62,155 bases of DNA from a virus (lineage: Duplodnaviria > Caudoviricetes). The position numbers and the translations under genes are program-made. How positions within the stretch are numbered: the first letter of the stretch is position 1; each line of letters opens with the position of its first letter. Below are positions 47,922 to 57,345 of the stretch, one piece after another. The stretch lies in the IMG/VR virus record IMGVR_UViG_3300037424_001375, positions 1-62,155 of that record; one strand, written 5' to 3'. The notes below the pieces were generated by a model. It saw only the letters and a list, made by a program, of their open reading frames with translations, did no database searches and had not been told where the DNA came from.

Positions 47922-49391
47922 ATGAGCACTCAGAACACGGCGCTGGCGCGGGTCGAACAGACTCAGGCCCTCGTCGGCGAGACGATTCGGAACCCCCAGG
48001 AGCTCGCCACGAAGATCCGCGCGCTCCAGGAACGCGCGCACATCATTTCGCCCGCCCTCGCGATCAGCACGTTCTCAGAGCTGATCGTGGTCAACACGGC
48101 CGTCGTGGTGATCGACCCGAACGGCGACGAGGTCTACTCCGGCAGCTTCCACAAGAAGCGGAAGGTGGGCAGCGAGTACGAAGCCCTCGAGGTCAGCCTC
48201 AAAAAGACGGCGCTCCTGCGGATCTACCGCGCGGCCGGGGTGCGGACGACGCGGTCCGAGCGGACCGACGACGGGAGGACGCCGCGCTATTGGGCATGGA
48301 CGACCGAAGGGGCCGTGATGGACTTTGACGGCTCCGAGCAAACGCTGCCACCCGGCAGCGTCGAGATCGACCTGCGCGACGGCTCGGACCAGATCGGCGG
48401 GTGGACGCCCGCCGCGTGGGCCGAGCGGGTGACGGCGGCGACGGTCACGAGGCAGGCGGCGGAAAAGGCCGGACGCCAGGACGCCTGGAAGCACAAGCCT
48501 GAGCCGATCAACACCTGGACCGAAGAGCGCGTGATGCAACGGCGTCAGGTTGGGGTGCAGATGGCCGAGTCGACGTCGCTGAATCGGCTCATCCGCAACC
48601 TGGGGCTCAAGCCGGTCTACACGAAGACGGAACTCGACAAGCCGTTCGTCATCTTCCGCGCCATGCTCAACACCGAGGACCCCCGCGTGGCCGAGCGCGT
48701 CATCGAGAACCGGCTCGGCGCAACGGGACTGCTCTTCGGCGGCCCCCGTCGCCGCTCGCTTTCGGCCGGCAAGGTCATCGACATGCACGTGTCGTCGCCG
48801 CCGGATCCACTGGCGGATCTCCCAACCGAGGAGGACGAGACCCCGACGGCCCCGCCGTCCGCGCAGCCCCAGCCGACGCGCATCACCTACCTCGCGCGGG
48901 CGAAGGCGGGCGGGTTCGTCATGCGAACCGAGGCCCACGGGGACCAGCGGATCGCCATCGCGGAGGATGAGGCGGCGCTGGCGACGGCGGCGGCCGATGC
49001 GAAACAGACCGGCACGCCCGTCTTCCTCGAAGTGGAAGTCGGCGAGGGCGGTCGGCTGCAACTCCTCGAACTGCGAACCGCGCCGACGGTCTCGGCCGAG
49101 GTCCAAGCCGAGCCAGAGCGGCCGCCGCTCACCGTGACGAATGTTCAGACGAAGAGCGGCACGACCAAGGGCAAGGCGTGGTCGCGCGCCATCATCGCGC
49201 TGAGCGACGGCCGCGAGGTCAGCACGTTCGACACCAGGTTCGCCGCGGAGGCCGAGGCGGCGAAGGCCGAACAGGTGCCTGTGCGGATCGAGGTCGAGGA
49301 GAACGAGCAGTATCACACGCTCGACTTGCGAGCGTTCTCGATCATCGACACGCGGCAGGGCTCGCTGCTGGCCGAGGAGACGAAGCTGTAG
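47922..49391 (+). CDS. Putative single-strand annealing/recombination protein with C-terminal beta domains
   Basis: MAESTSLNRLIRNLGL resembles the Rad52/Sak-type helix motif; near sbcCD. Confidence 0.5.
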   Translation: MSTQNTALARVEQTQALVGETIRNPQELATKIRALQERAHIISPALAISTFSELIVVNTAVVVIDPNGDEVYSGSFHKKRKVGSEYEALEVSLKKTALLRIYRAAGVRTTRSERTDDGRTPRYWAWTTEGAVMDFDGSEQTLPPGSVEIDLRDGSDQIGGWTPAAWAERVTAATVTRQAAEKAGRQDAWKHKPEPINTWTEERVMQRRQVGVQMAESTSLNRLIRNLGLKPVYTKTELDKPFVIFRAMLNTEDPRVAERVIENRLGATGLLFGGPRRRSLSAGKVIDMHVSSPPDPLADLPTEEDETPTAPPSAQPQPTRITYLARAKAGGFVMRTEAHGDQRIAIAEDEAALATAAADAKQTGTPVFLEVEVGEGGRLQLLELRTAPTVSAEVQAEPERPPLTVTNVQTKSGTTKGKAWSRAIIALSDGREVSTFDTRFAAEAEAAKAEQVPVRIEVEENEQYHTLDLRAFSIIDTRQGSLLAEETKL

Positions 49392-49622
49392 CAGGTTCGG
49401 GGCCGCGTGCGCAGTGAAGAGGCTCACCGCGTCCGGAATCAACCGAGCGCGGGTTCGGCGGCGCGGCCCCACGGTTTTCTGATGAGTTGGGCACCAGCTC
49501 CGGCGGTGCTGGGACCACGCGCCCCGCGTGGAAAGTGACGACGGGGCTGGTGCCCGAGAGGTTGCGGCGGCGCGGCAGCGTGGAAGGACATGCGGCACCA
49601 GACGAAACCGAAATGGCGTCCC

Positions 49623-49696
49623 CTTGGTGTAGCTCAGGTCGGTAGAGCACTGGCCTGGATCGCCAGAGGTCGCAGGTTCAAATCCTGTCACCGAGG
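49623..49696 (+). tRNA. Atypical tRNA, anticodon GGA (Ser) with short variable loop and no encoded CCA
   Basis: Acceptor CTTGGTG/CACCGAG, D-arm GCTC/GAGC, anticodon arm CTGGC-CTGGATC-GCCAG, T-arm GCAGG-TTCAAAT-CCTGT. Confidence 0.75.
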
Positions 49697-49748
49697 GAGC
49701 CGGAATCAAGCCCGGCCCGCGCCGCTCGCAACGTGAGATGAGACAGCC

Positions 49749-50048
49749 ATGACGAAAGTTTACGGCGCGTCTGATGACCTGATCGAGTTTGCGGGAGACT
49801 TCGACGGCGAAGTCGGTCACATGTCCGACCGGCCGTGCAAGGTCACGATGAGCGACGGGACCGAGCTGCTGGTCGTCTACGGTAAGCCGGCTCACGGCGG
49901 GGTGTGGTGGATTCGGCTGAAGAAAGCCGGCCCGCTGTTCGACCGGATTGATGAGTGCTTCGACGAAGAAGCTGAGACGTATTCAGACATCGCGTGGTTC
50001 AAGAGCGGCCTGACCGGTGCTCGCTGCAAGGGGAAGGCTGTTTCATGA
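49749..50048 (+). CDS. Hypothetical phage protein
   Basis: VYGASDDLIEF motif; flanked by 23-bp direct repeats. Confidence 0.7.
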   Translation: MTKVYGASDDLIEFAGDFDGEVGHMSDRPCKVTMSDGTELLVVYGKPAHGGVWWIRLKKAGPLFDRIDECFDEEAETYSDIAWFKSGLTGARCKGKAVS

Positions 50049-50095
50049 AGTCCGAATCGCCCGCGCCGCTCGCAACGTGAGGAGAACAGCAGCCC

Positions 50096-51304
50096 ATGAC
50101 GCGCATCGTCTGTATCGGCGACTGTCATTTCGGCCCCGGCCCGCGCAACGTGGACCGCTACGCGGCGCTCGACCAGATCATCGCCAGCGGCCTGGCGCTC
50201 GACGGTCTCGGCGCGTGGGTGCAACTTGGCGACCTCTTCCACGCGAAGAGCACGATCGAAGATCGGAACGCCGTCGCCGAGCGGTTGCAGAAAATGGCCG
50301 CAGCGGCGCCGGTAGTTTTGGCCCGGGGAAACCATGACGCCGACGGCGATCTGGCCATCTTCGGTCGCCTTCACACCGCGTGGCCGATCTCGGTCGTGGA
50401 CCGGCCCGTGGTGCTCTCGGTGCGGCTGGCGACGCACGACATGGCGGCGATTTCGTGCCTCCCGTTTCCGCCCAAGGGCGGGCTTATCGCGGCCGGGACG
50501 ACCGTGGCCGAGACGTTCGAGGCTGGGCGCGAGGCGCTGACCGCCGTCTGCCGGGGTCTCGCGGCGGACCTGGACGCGGAGCGGCAGGCCGGCGCGTGGC
50601 CGCTCTTCATCGCCCACCTGAACATCAGCGGCGCGCAGTCGTCGGCCGGGCAACCGATCGTCGGCCGCGAACTAGAAGCGGACCCCGCGATGCTCCAGAT
50701 GTTCGGCGATGCGCCGAAGATCCTCGGGCACATCCATCTCCCCCAGGCGCTCCACGGTGCTGTCTACGCCGGGTCGATCACGGCGAACGACTGGGCGGAA
50801 ATGGAGGCGAAGCGGTTTCTTGTCGTCGAGTACGACGCCGACGAACCCGGCGGCTGGCGGCTGGTGTCTCACCCGCTCGCCACCCCGCGCGCCTATCACG
50901 TCGAGGGCGCGCTGACGCGCGACGGCTTCTCCTGGCGCGTGACCCGCGAGAGCAACGGAAAGCCGGTTCCCGCCGACGCGCCGGCATCCTTCGCGGGTGA
51001 CGGCGTCCGCGTGAAATTCACCTACCTCCCCGCCGAGAAGGATGCCCTCGACTTCGATCTCGTGAAGACCCCCTTCGCCGGTGCGCGCACCCTCAAGCCC
51101 GTGCCCGTCCCGATTCTCGACCAAGCGATCCGCGCGCCGGCCGTCATCGCGGCGACGACGGTGACCGATCAGGTGCGCGCCTACTGCGCCGAGCAGGGGA
51201 TCGCCGTGACCGACGGGCTACTGGCGAAGCTCGACACGCTCCAGGCGCCGGAGGCGGAGGACGCGGCGCTCAACCGGGCGCTGCCGCTAGAGGTGACGTT
51301 GTGA
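50096..51304 (+). CDS. sbcD: SbcD/Mre11-like metallophosphoesterase nuclease
   Basis: GDCH, LGDLFH, GNHD, AH, LGHIHLPQ, YAGS. Confidence 0.9.
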   Translation: MTRIVCIGDCHFGPGPRNVDRYAALDQIIASGLALDGLGAWVQLGDLFHAKSTIEDRNAVAERLQKMAAAAPVVLARGNHDADGDLAIFGRLHTAWPISVVDRPVVLSVRLATHDMAAISCLPFPPKGGLIAAGTTVAETFEAGREALTAVCRGLAADLDAERQAGAWPLFIAHLNISGAQSSAGQPIVGRELEADPAMLQMFGDAPKILGHIHLPQALHGAVYAGSITANDWAEMEAKRFLVVEYDADEPGGWRLVSHPLATPRAYHVEGALTRDGFSWRVTRESNGKPVPADAPASFAGDGVRVKFTYLPAEKDALDFDLVKTPFAGARTLKPVPVPILDQAIRAPAVIAATTVTDQVRAYCAEQGIAVTDGLLAKLDTLQAPEAEDAALNRALPLEVTL

Positions 51305-51669
51305 CGCGCCTGGAACGGCTCGGGCAAATCGCCGCCGCGTGGGCAGCGGCGCGAACCGAAGAGCAACGGCTTCGCCGCCTCCGCGCGGCCTGCGAGTGCG
51401 AACGGGCACAACCAGAGGGTTTCTACAGCGACGGCGACAAGCCGACCTTGCGCCATTCCTTGATCATGGCCTGCTGGAAGCGGGAAATGTGGGAGTCGGA
51501 CTACACGCCGGCCGTGCCGAAACGGTGGTGCGCGCCGTGCCTGGAACGTCAGCGGCTCCATGTGCTGGTGCTCGCCGCGACCCGTCGGCGCGCGGCGCTA
51601 CAGGCCGGCCTGATGCGCTCGGCGACCGTGCCGCCGGAGATTGCGCGAACGCTGGAGGTGACGTTGTGA
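51301..51669 (+). CDS. Hypothetical Cys-motif protein
   Basis: CEC, CWK, WCAPC; ends LEVTL like sbcD. Confidence 0.55.
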   Translation: MTRLERLGQIAAAWAAARTEEQRLRRLRAACECERAQPEGFYSDGDKPTLRHSLIMACWKREMWESDYTPAVPKRWCAPCLERQRLHVLVLAATRRRAALQAGLMRSATVPPEIARTLEVTL

Positions 51670-51872
51670 AGACCGTTATCGTCAGAGATGGTGACGACTG
51701 GAATGTGTGGGCAATGCTCGATGAAGAAGCGGACGACGGTATGAAACCGTGGCACTCCAACAACAGCCTCATCGTCGGCGTGGGGCAAAGCCGAGACGCT
51801 GCTGTGGCTGACGCTGTGCGCGAATTCGAAGCGGCCGTCGAGCGTCTACAGCAGCCCCCGGAGGTTTTCTAG
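51666..51872 (+). CDS. Hypothetical protein
   Basis: GGAGG RBS, GTGA coupling. Confidence 0.5.
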   Translation: MKTVIVRDGDDWNVWAMLDEEADDGMKPWHSNNSLIVGVGQSRDAAVADAVREFEAAVERLQQPPEVF

Positions 51873-54379
51873 TGAGACTGGAATCGCTCGCCTGCAAAGG
51901 CGTCTTGGCCTTCGACGACGCCGTCACGGTCGACCTGACCGCGCTCGCGCCGGGCAGCGTGGTCGCCGTCACCGGTGCGAACGGCCAGGGAAAGACGACG
52001 CTGGTCGAAACCCCCATCGGCGCGACCTACCGGACGATGCCCTTCCGCGACAAGCCGCTCGTGGACTACGCGCTCGGCCGCGAGAGCTACCTTGAGGCCG
52101 TCTGGCGCGTCGATACGTCCACGATCCGCACGCGCGTGAACCTCGACGGGGTCCGGCGGACGACCGAAGCCGTGGTTGAAGTGGACGGCGCCGCCGTCAC
52201 GGACGGCAAGGTCACGACCTTCGACGCCGAGATCGCGCGACGGTTCCCACCGCTCGCCGTCGTCTTGGCGTCCGCCTTCGCCGCCCAGAACCGGCGGGGG
52301 AGCTTCGTCAGTCTCGACCGGAAGGGGCGGAAGGAGCTCTTCGCGACGCTGCTCGGACTCGACCAGTTCGAGCGGTGGGCGGGCGCGGCGCGGGGCGCGG
52401 TCGCGACGCTGGAGGCCCGGCGGGCCGTCCAGCAGGCCCGCCACGACGCGATCGCCGGGCTGGCCGGCTCTGACGTTGAGGTCAGTCTCCGGACGCGCGC
52501 AGACGCCCTCCAGGTGGCCGTGGGCGACCTCGAAGTGCGCCGGGCGACCGTGACGCGGGCGCGCGCCGTGCTCGCCGCTGAGCGGCCGGGGGTGGTGGCC
52601 GACGCCGAGCGGCACGCCCAGGCGGAAGCGCAGTTGGCCGAGCTCGCCGCCGACCTCCGCGCGAATGAAGCCGAGCGCACCCGGCTCGTTCAGGCGCGCC
52701 GGGATCTCGTTGAGGGCACCGACCGGGAGGCGACCAAACTCGGGGCCGGGCTGCGGGACACCTTCGCGCGGCTCGTGCGGCGCGGCCGGCGGGCCGAGCA
52801 GGAACGGGACGACGTCCAGGCCGCCAGCGCGGCGCGATGCGAAGCTGCCAAGCAGGACCGGACGGAGCGGATCGCCAACAACCGGGCGCTGCTGGCCGGC
52901 GCCGAGACCCTCCGGGCGCAGGCGGCCGAGGCCGGCGTGCTCGAGGGCCACCTCGTCACCCTGCGCGCGGCCCGCGACGCGGCCGATCAGGACGTGCAGG
53001 TCAAGGATCGGGAGGCTCGCGCGCGCGCCCAGACGGTCCAGCGGCTCTCCGACGCGTCCGGCGCGCTCGCGCGGGCCGAGCAGGACGCCGCGCTCCTCGC
53101 CTCCGTGCCGTGCGGCGGGACGGGCCCGTACGCCGCGTGCTCGTTCCTCCAGCGCGCGTCCGTTGCGGCCGCCCAACTCTCCGACCTGCGGGCCGACCTG
53201 GACACCTATCAGGAGGCGGCCGCCCAGCGGGACGACGCCGAGCAGGCGGTTCTCGCGGCCCAGGCCGCGCGCACGGTCGCCGCCCGTGCGGTCACGGCCG
53301 ACGAGCAGGCGCTTGCCGCGCTGAACGGGGCCACGAAGCAGATCGCCGCGCTCGACGTGGCCGAGGCCAAGATCGCCGAGCACGAGCGGGCCATCCAGGA
53401 AGCGGCCGACGCGCACCAGCGGGCGTTCGCCGAGACCGTGATCCGCTTCGAGCAGGCGATCAACCTCCTCGGCGGCGAGACGTGGGAGGCGCGTGCTACC
53501 TACGACGTCGCGCTCGACGCCGCCAGGCAGCACGCGCAGGCGGAGGACGCGCGGATCGACGGGGCGCTCGAGGGGCTCGCCCGCACCCACGCGAGCCTCG
53601 ACCACGAGCGCGACGTCGCCGCGACTATCGCCGCGGACACGGCGCTGGCCGCCGCGCGTCTCACGCACCTCGACGCTGAGGACGCCGTCCACGCCCGCGC
53701 GTGGGCCGAGACCGAAGCGACCCGAGGCCGGCTCGAGGCCGAACAGGCGGCGCTCGAGGCGGCGCGCGAAGCGTTCCTTGCGCACCGGACCGACCTCGCG
53801 CGCCTCGACCGGACGCTCCGCGCGCTCGCGCAGGACCTCGTCGAGTGGCAGGCGCTCGCGCGCATCTTCCACCGCGACGGGTTGCCGACGCTGCTGATCG
53901 CTGCGGCCGGGCCCGAAGTCGCCGAGCTGACGAACGACCTCGCGAGCGCCAGCTTCGGCGACCGCTTCCGCGTCGAGCTCGTCACGCAGGAGGCGAAGGT
54001 CAGCGGCAAGGGGCTCAAGGAAACGTTCGAGCTCCGCGTCTGGGACGGCGAGCGCGGCGGGGAGCGGGACCTCTCGGACCTCAGCGGCGGGGAGCAGGTC
54101 ATCATCGACGAGTGCCTCAAGGCGGGTTTGGCGCTGTATGCGAAGCGCCACGCGCAGATGCCCATCGAGACCTGTTGGCGGGACGAAACCTGCGGCGCAT
54201 TGGATGAGGAGAACCGCGCGCGCTACGTGCCGATGCTCCGCCGGTTGCAGCAACTCGGCGGCTTCTCAACGCTTCTGTTTGTAACGCACGACGCGGAGAT
54301 TGCCGCGCAGGCGGACGCGCAGATCCAGGTGGGCGGCGGGACGGCGCGGCTCGTCCTCGCCAGCGAGGTAACGCCATGA
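51872..54379 (+). CDS. sbcC: SbcC/Rad50-like SMC ATPase
   Basis: GANGQGKTT Walker A, long coiled coil with central Cys pair, LSGGE, WRDE..GALD, VTH. Confidence 0.92.
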   Translation: MRLESLACKGVLAFDDAVTVDLTALAPGSVVAVTGANGQGKTTLVETPIGATYRTMPFRDKPLVDYALGRESYLEAVWRVDTSTIRTRVNLDGVRRTTEAVVEVDGAAVTDGKVTTFDAEIARRFPPLAVVLASAFAAQNRRGSFVSLDRKGRKELFATLLGLDQFERWAGAARGAVATLEARRAVQQARHDAIAGLAGSDVEVSLRTRADALQVAVGDLEVRRATVTRARAVLAAERPGVVADAERHAQAEAQLAELAADLRANEAERTRLVQARRDLVEGTDREATKLGAGLRDTFARLVRRGRRAEQERDDVQAASAARCEAAKQDRTERIANNRALLAGAETLRAQAAEAGVLEGHLVTLRAARDAADQDVQVKDREARARAQTVQRLSDASGALARAEQDAALLASVPCGGTGPYAACSFLQRASVAAAQLSDLRADLDTYQEAAAQRDDAEQAVLAAQAARTVAARAVTADEQALAALNGATKQIAALDVAEAKIAEHERAIQEAADAHQRAFAETVIRFEQAINLLGGETWEARATYDVALDAARQHAQAEDARIDGALEGLARTHASLDHERDVAATIAADTALAAARLTHLDAEDAVHARAWAETEATRGRLEAEQAALEAAREAFLAHRTDLARLDRTLRALAQDLVEWQALARIFHRDGLPTLLIAAAGPEVAELTNDLASASFGDRFRVELVTQEAKVSGKGLKETFELRVWDGERGGERDLSDLSGGEQVIIDECLKAGLALYAKRHAQMPIETCWRDETCGALDEENRARYVPMLRRLQQLGGFSTLLFVTHDAEIAAQADAQIQVGGGTARLVLASEVTP

Positions 54380-54513
54380 AGCGGTTGTGGACGGCTCTGG
54401 ACAAGAAGGGCCGCGTGTTGGCGGTCAGTCAGAAGCCGGAAGAGCTGATCACGTTCGTGCGCCGGCTGAGCGCGTGGGCGTATCGGCGGCTGCTGGCGAT
54501 TCACGGGGAGTGA
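54376..54513 (+). CDS. Small hypothetical protein
   Basis: GAGG RBS, ATGA coupling. Confidence 0.4.
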   Translation: MKRLWTALDKKGRVLAVSQKPEELITFVRRLSAWAYRRLLAIHGE

Positions 54514-54522
54514 GACAGGAAT

Positions 54523-55368
54523 ATGTTGCGTATTCTCTCGCTGGGTGCCGGTGTACAGAGCACGACGCTAGCACTCATGGCCGCACGAGGTGACGTGGAG
54601 CCGATCGACGCGGCGATCTTCGCGGACACGCAGTCCGAGCCGGCAGGCGTCTATCGCCACCTGGAGCGGCTGATGGCTCCGGGCGTGCTGCCGTTTCCGG
54701 TGCATGTCGTGACCAAAGGATCACTCCGGCAGGAACTCCTCGAAGCCGCAGCCGGCAAGAACGGCGCGTGGGGACGACCGCCGTTGTATCTCCTCAACCC
54801 GGACGGCACACACGGGCAGACGCGGCGGCAATGCACGCAAGACTACAAGCTCGACGTGATCTACCGGAAGGTGCGCGAACTCGCGGGCATCAAGCGCGGC
54901 TCGCACGGGCCGAAGGCTGTCGTGGTTGAGCAGGTCATCGGCATCAGCCGTGACGAGGCCCACCGGCAGAAGGACGCGCGGTTTCGGTGGATTCGGAACA
55001 TCTATCCGCTTGTCGAACGAGGCATCACGCGCGAGGACTGTCAGCGGTTGTTGCAGGAGTGGGGGTGGCGCGACGTTCCGCGCTCGGCCTGCACGTTTTG
55101 CCCCTACCGATCCGACGAGGAATGGTTGCGAATGCAGCGCGAGGACCCTGCGTCCTTCGAGGATGCCGCAAGGATCGACGATGTGCTGCGAAGCGGCTTA
55201 CACCATCAGCTGCGCGGCGAACCCTACCTCCATCGCGCGCTGATTCCCCTGCGCCTCGTGGACTTCGAAGCGCGGATCCAAGCGAAGAAGGCCCGACGCA
55301 AGCCCGGATCGCCCTGGGTGGCAGGCGACCTCTTTGGTCAGGAATGCGAGGGCATGTGCGGAGTGTAA
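54523..55368 (+). CDS. PAPS-reductase-like / adenine nucleotide alpha hydrolase (PP-loop) protein
   Basis: LSLGAGVQST, FADTQSE, RQCT.DYK, IGIS.DE, YPL, RSACTFCPY, CEGMCGV. Confidence 0.85.
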   Translation: MLRILSLGAGVQSTTLALMAARGDVEPIDAAIFADTQSEPAGVYRHLERLMAPGVLPFPVHVVTKGSLRQELLEAAAGKNGAWGRPPLYLLNPDGTHGQTRRQCTQDYKLDVIYRKVRELAGIKRGSHGPKAVVVEQVIGISRDEAHRQKDARFRWIRNIYPLVERGITREDCQRLLQEWGWRDVPRSACTFCPYRSDEEWLRMQREDPASFEDAARIDDVLRSGLHHQLRGEPYLHRALIPLRLVDFEARIQAKKARRKPGSPWVAGDLFGQECEGMCGV

Positions 55369-55396
55369 GGCTGCTGGCGATTCACGGGGAGGGGTC

Positions 55397-55702
55397 ATGA
55401 GCGAGCCGATGGTGAAAAAGCTGTCTCTTTCTGAACTGATTCGGCGCGTCGGGGACGATGTCGTGGTTCTCCAGAACCTCATCGACAACACGACCAGCGT
55501 CCAACTCGTAAAGGGCGGGCGCGAGGCGAAGGTGACCTTCCTCACTGGCCCGCAGTTCATCACGCCGAACGCCGTCATAGACTTCGGCGCTGCGGAGTAC
55601 GTTGGGCTCGTGATCTGGCTACCGCGCGAGCGAGAAGAACAGGTTGTCCGCGAGTTCGACGCAGAGGCCGCCCTCGCCCTGACCAAGAAAGGCGGCGCGT
55701 AA
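55397..55702 (+). CDS. Hypothetical protein
   Basis: GGAGG RBS. Confidence 0.55.
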   Translation: MSEPMVKKLSLSELIRRVGDDVVVLQNLIDNTTSVQLVKGGREAKVTFLTGPQFITPNAVIDFGAAEYVGLVIWLPREREEQVVREFDAEAALALTKKGGA

Positions 55703-55944
55703 TGCTGCCTTTCTCCGGTATGCCCGTCATCGAGAGCGTCTACTTGACCAAGACTGTCTCGCGCGAGGTCCGCCTGTTGTGGCGACAGCGCCTCTGGTCG
55801 TGGCCGTGGCGCCCGTGGCGGCGGACCCGCATGGAGCAGTTCCAGGAGCCGGGCGACATCCTGCAAGTCGGCAACGTGTTCTACGTGCACCCGGCGACGG
55901 CTGCAACCCTTCGCGCCCTGACCCGCGAGAAGGGCGGCGCGTGA
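55702..55944 (+). CDS. Hypothetical protein
   Basis: TAATG coupling; RLWSWPWRPW. Confidence 0.55.
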   Translation: MLPFSGMPVIESVYLTKTVSREVRLLWRQRLWSWPWRPWRRTRMEQFQEPGDILQVGNVFYVHPATAATLRALTREKGGA

Positions 55945-56135
55945 TGAAGGCCCGCGTCTGGATCGTCGAAATGTGGACTGGCGGTCGGTGGGAGACCACG
56001 GTGGGCGCGGCCCTGAGTCGGGCGGAGGCGCGCTTGGAGCGCCAGCAGTGGTGTCAGGACAACCCGGGCAGCCGCTTCCGCGTGCGTCTGTATGTGCCAG
56101 CCGAGCGCGAGAAGGACGGGGCGTCCGGAGGGTAA
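55944..56135 (+). CDS. Hypothetical protein
   Basis: TGATG coupling. Confidence 0.5.
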   Translation: MKARVWIVEMWTGGRWETTVGAALSRAEARLERQQWCQDNPGSRFRVRLYVPAEREKDGASGG

Positions 56136-56139
56136 CTAG

Positions 56140-56415
56140 ATGGGATGCGATTACCAAGGTTACGAATTCGGCGCCGGGAGCTATCCCGACTCCGTCTGCG
56201 TCGATGGGTTCTTGTTCGATGCTGACAACTGTGACGGCAACTGCAATCTCTACGAGCCGATAGAAGAAATCCCGTGTCCGATCTGCCAGCGCGCTGCGGC
56301 GATTGAATGGTGGACCGGACGGAATCAGTGTAGTGGTATCAGCCGAAAAGCGGCCGAGAAAGCTGCGCGTAGCCTCGTCAGGGATATTCGACAGCGCAGA
56401 GGACTAATCCGCTAG
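56140..56415 (+). CDS. Cys-rich hypothetical protein
   Basis: GGAGG RBS; YPDSVCVDG...PCPIC. Confidence 0.6.
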   Translation: MGCDYQGYEFGAGSYPDSVCVDGFLFDADNCDGNCNLYEPIEEIPCPICQRAAAIEWWTGRNQCSGISRKAAEKAARSLVRDIRQRRGLIR

Positions 56416-56506
56416 GAGAGTGTGATGCCAGGACCTGTCAGCGAATCGTCCAAAGACCCGCGAGAAGGTTCGAACACGCGGCCGAGGCCATCGAGCGAGC
56501 GGAGGA

Positions 56507-56773
56507 GTGATGGACTGGGCAGGCTTTGAGAAACTTCGGCCGGGTCGGATTCACCTGTGTTGCCCGCGCTGTGGGCGCAAGCAATCGAACACCCCACGCA
56601 ATCCGTACGATCCGCCGCAAGCCGAACTTGTGCGCATTCACTGTGACAAATGCGGCCAGGGCGACAAGGATTGCTCGCAGGAATTCTTCAACGCGCACGG
56701 AAGAATCATCGGATGGGTCGAGATAGAGCGCGCCCACAAAGCGGCGGATCGGAAGCTGCGAGCGGAGGAGTGA
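56507..56773 (+). CDS. Zinc-ribbon hypothetical protein
   Basis: CPRCG...CDKCG. Confidence 0.55.
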   Translation: MMDWAGFEKLRPGRIHLCCPRCGRKQSNTPRNPYDPPQAELVRIHCDKCGQGDKDCSQEFFNAHGRIIGWVEIERAHKAADRKLRAEE

Positions 56774-56921
56774 GCCATGATCAGCGAATGGCGGTACCTA
56801 CATCCGCCGAAATGCCGAACGTGCGGGCACACGATCTGCCCAAACGTGTGGGCCTGCACGAACCCGCGTTGTCCGCGGTACCTACGTCCAAAGAACCAGC
56901 CTCGTAAAAAGGGGGTGCGCC

Positions 56922-57140
56922 GTGGCTGACAACCTCACGGCCCGCGCGCATCACATCGTTCAGCACCTAGCATCAATGCCCGGATTGGCCCATGCTGTTG
57001 TTACACGAAAGGAAGCTAGGCACATTATCCAGTCCTGTGACGGACAGATGATGCTTGCCGGGTATCTGTACGAGGTTTTCACGCGGCCTGCCGGTGCTGG
57101 ACTTTTTCGTATTTCGACAAGGCGGTGGAAGCATGAGTGA
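56922..57140 (+). CDS. Hypothetical protein
   Basis: Purine-rich RBS, operon packing. Confidence 0.5.
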   Translation: MADNLTARAHHIVQHLASMPGLAHAVVTRKEARHIIQSCDGQMMLAGYLYEVFTRPAGAGLFRISTRRWKHE

Positions 57141-57345
57141 CGACCTGAGGCCGAAGCGGATGCGGATGACGGCAAAGGAAATTGCGGCCGTAGAGAACGC
57201 CATAGCGAACGCGCGGCACCGGGTGCGCGAGGCGATGCTCGCCGAATCCACCGTATTTCGAGACGGGATCGACCGGCTTGTGCTCGCCCTGTACGCAGCG
57301 GAGGAGGAGATCGAGCGGCTGCGAAAGGAGCGGCACCGTGGCTAA
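57133..57345 (+). CDS. Hypothetical protein
   Basis: Overlapping start and stop. Confidence 0.5.
   Translation: MSDDLRPKRMRMTAKEIAAVENAIANARHRVREAMLAESTVFRDGIDRLVLALYAAEEEIERLRKERHRG

Noticed and set aside
56905-56916. Self-target of spacer 5B (aaaggggg)
   Set aside because: Partner spacer does not match next to it; 8-mers occur by chance
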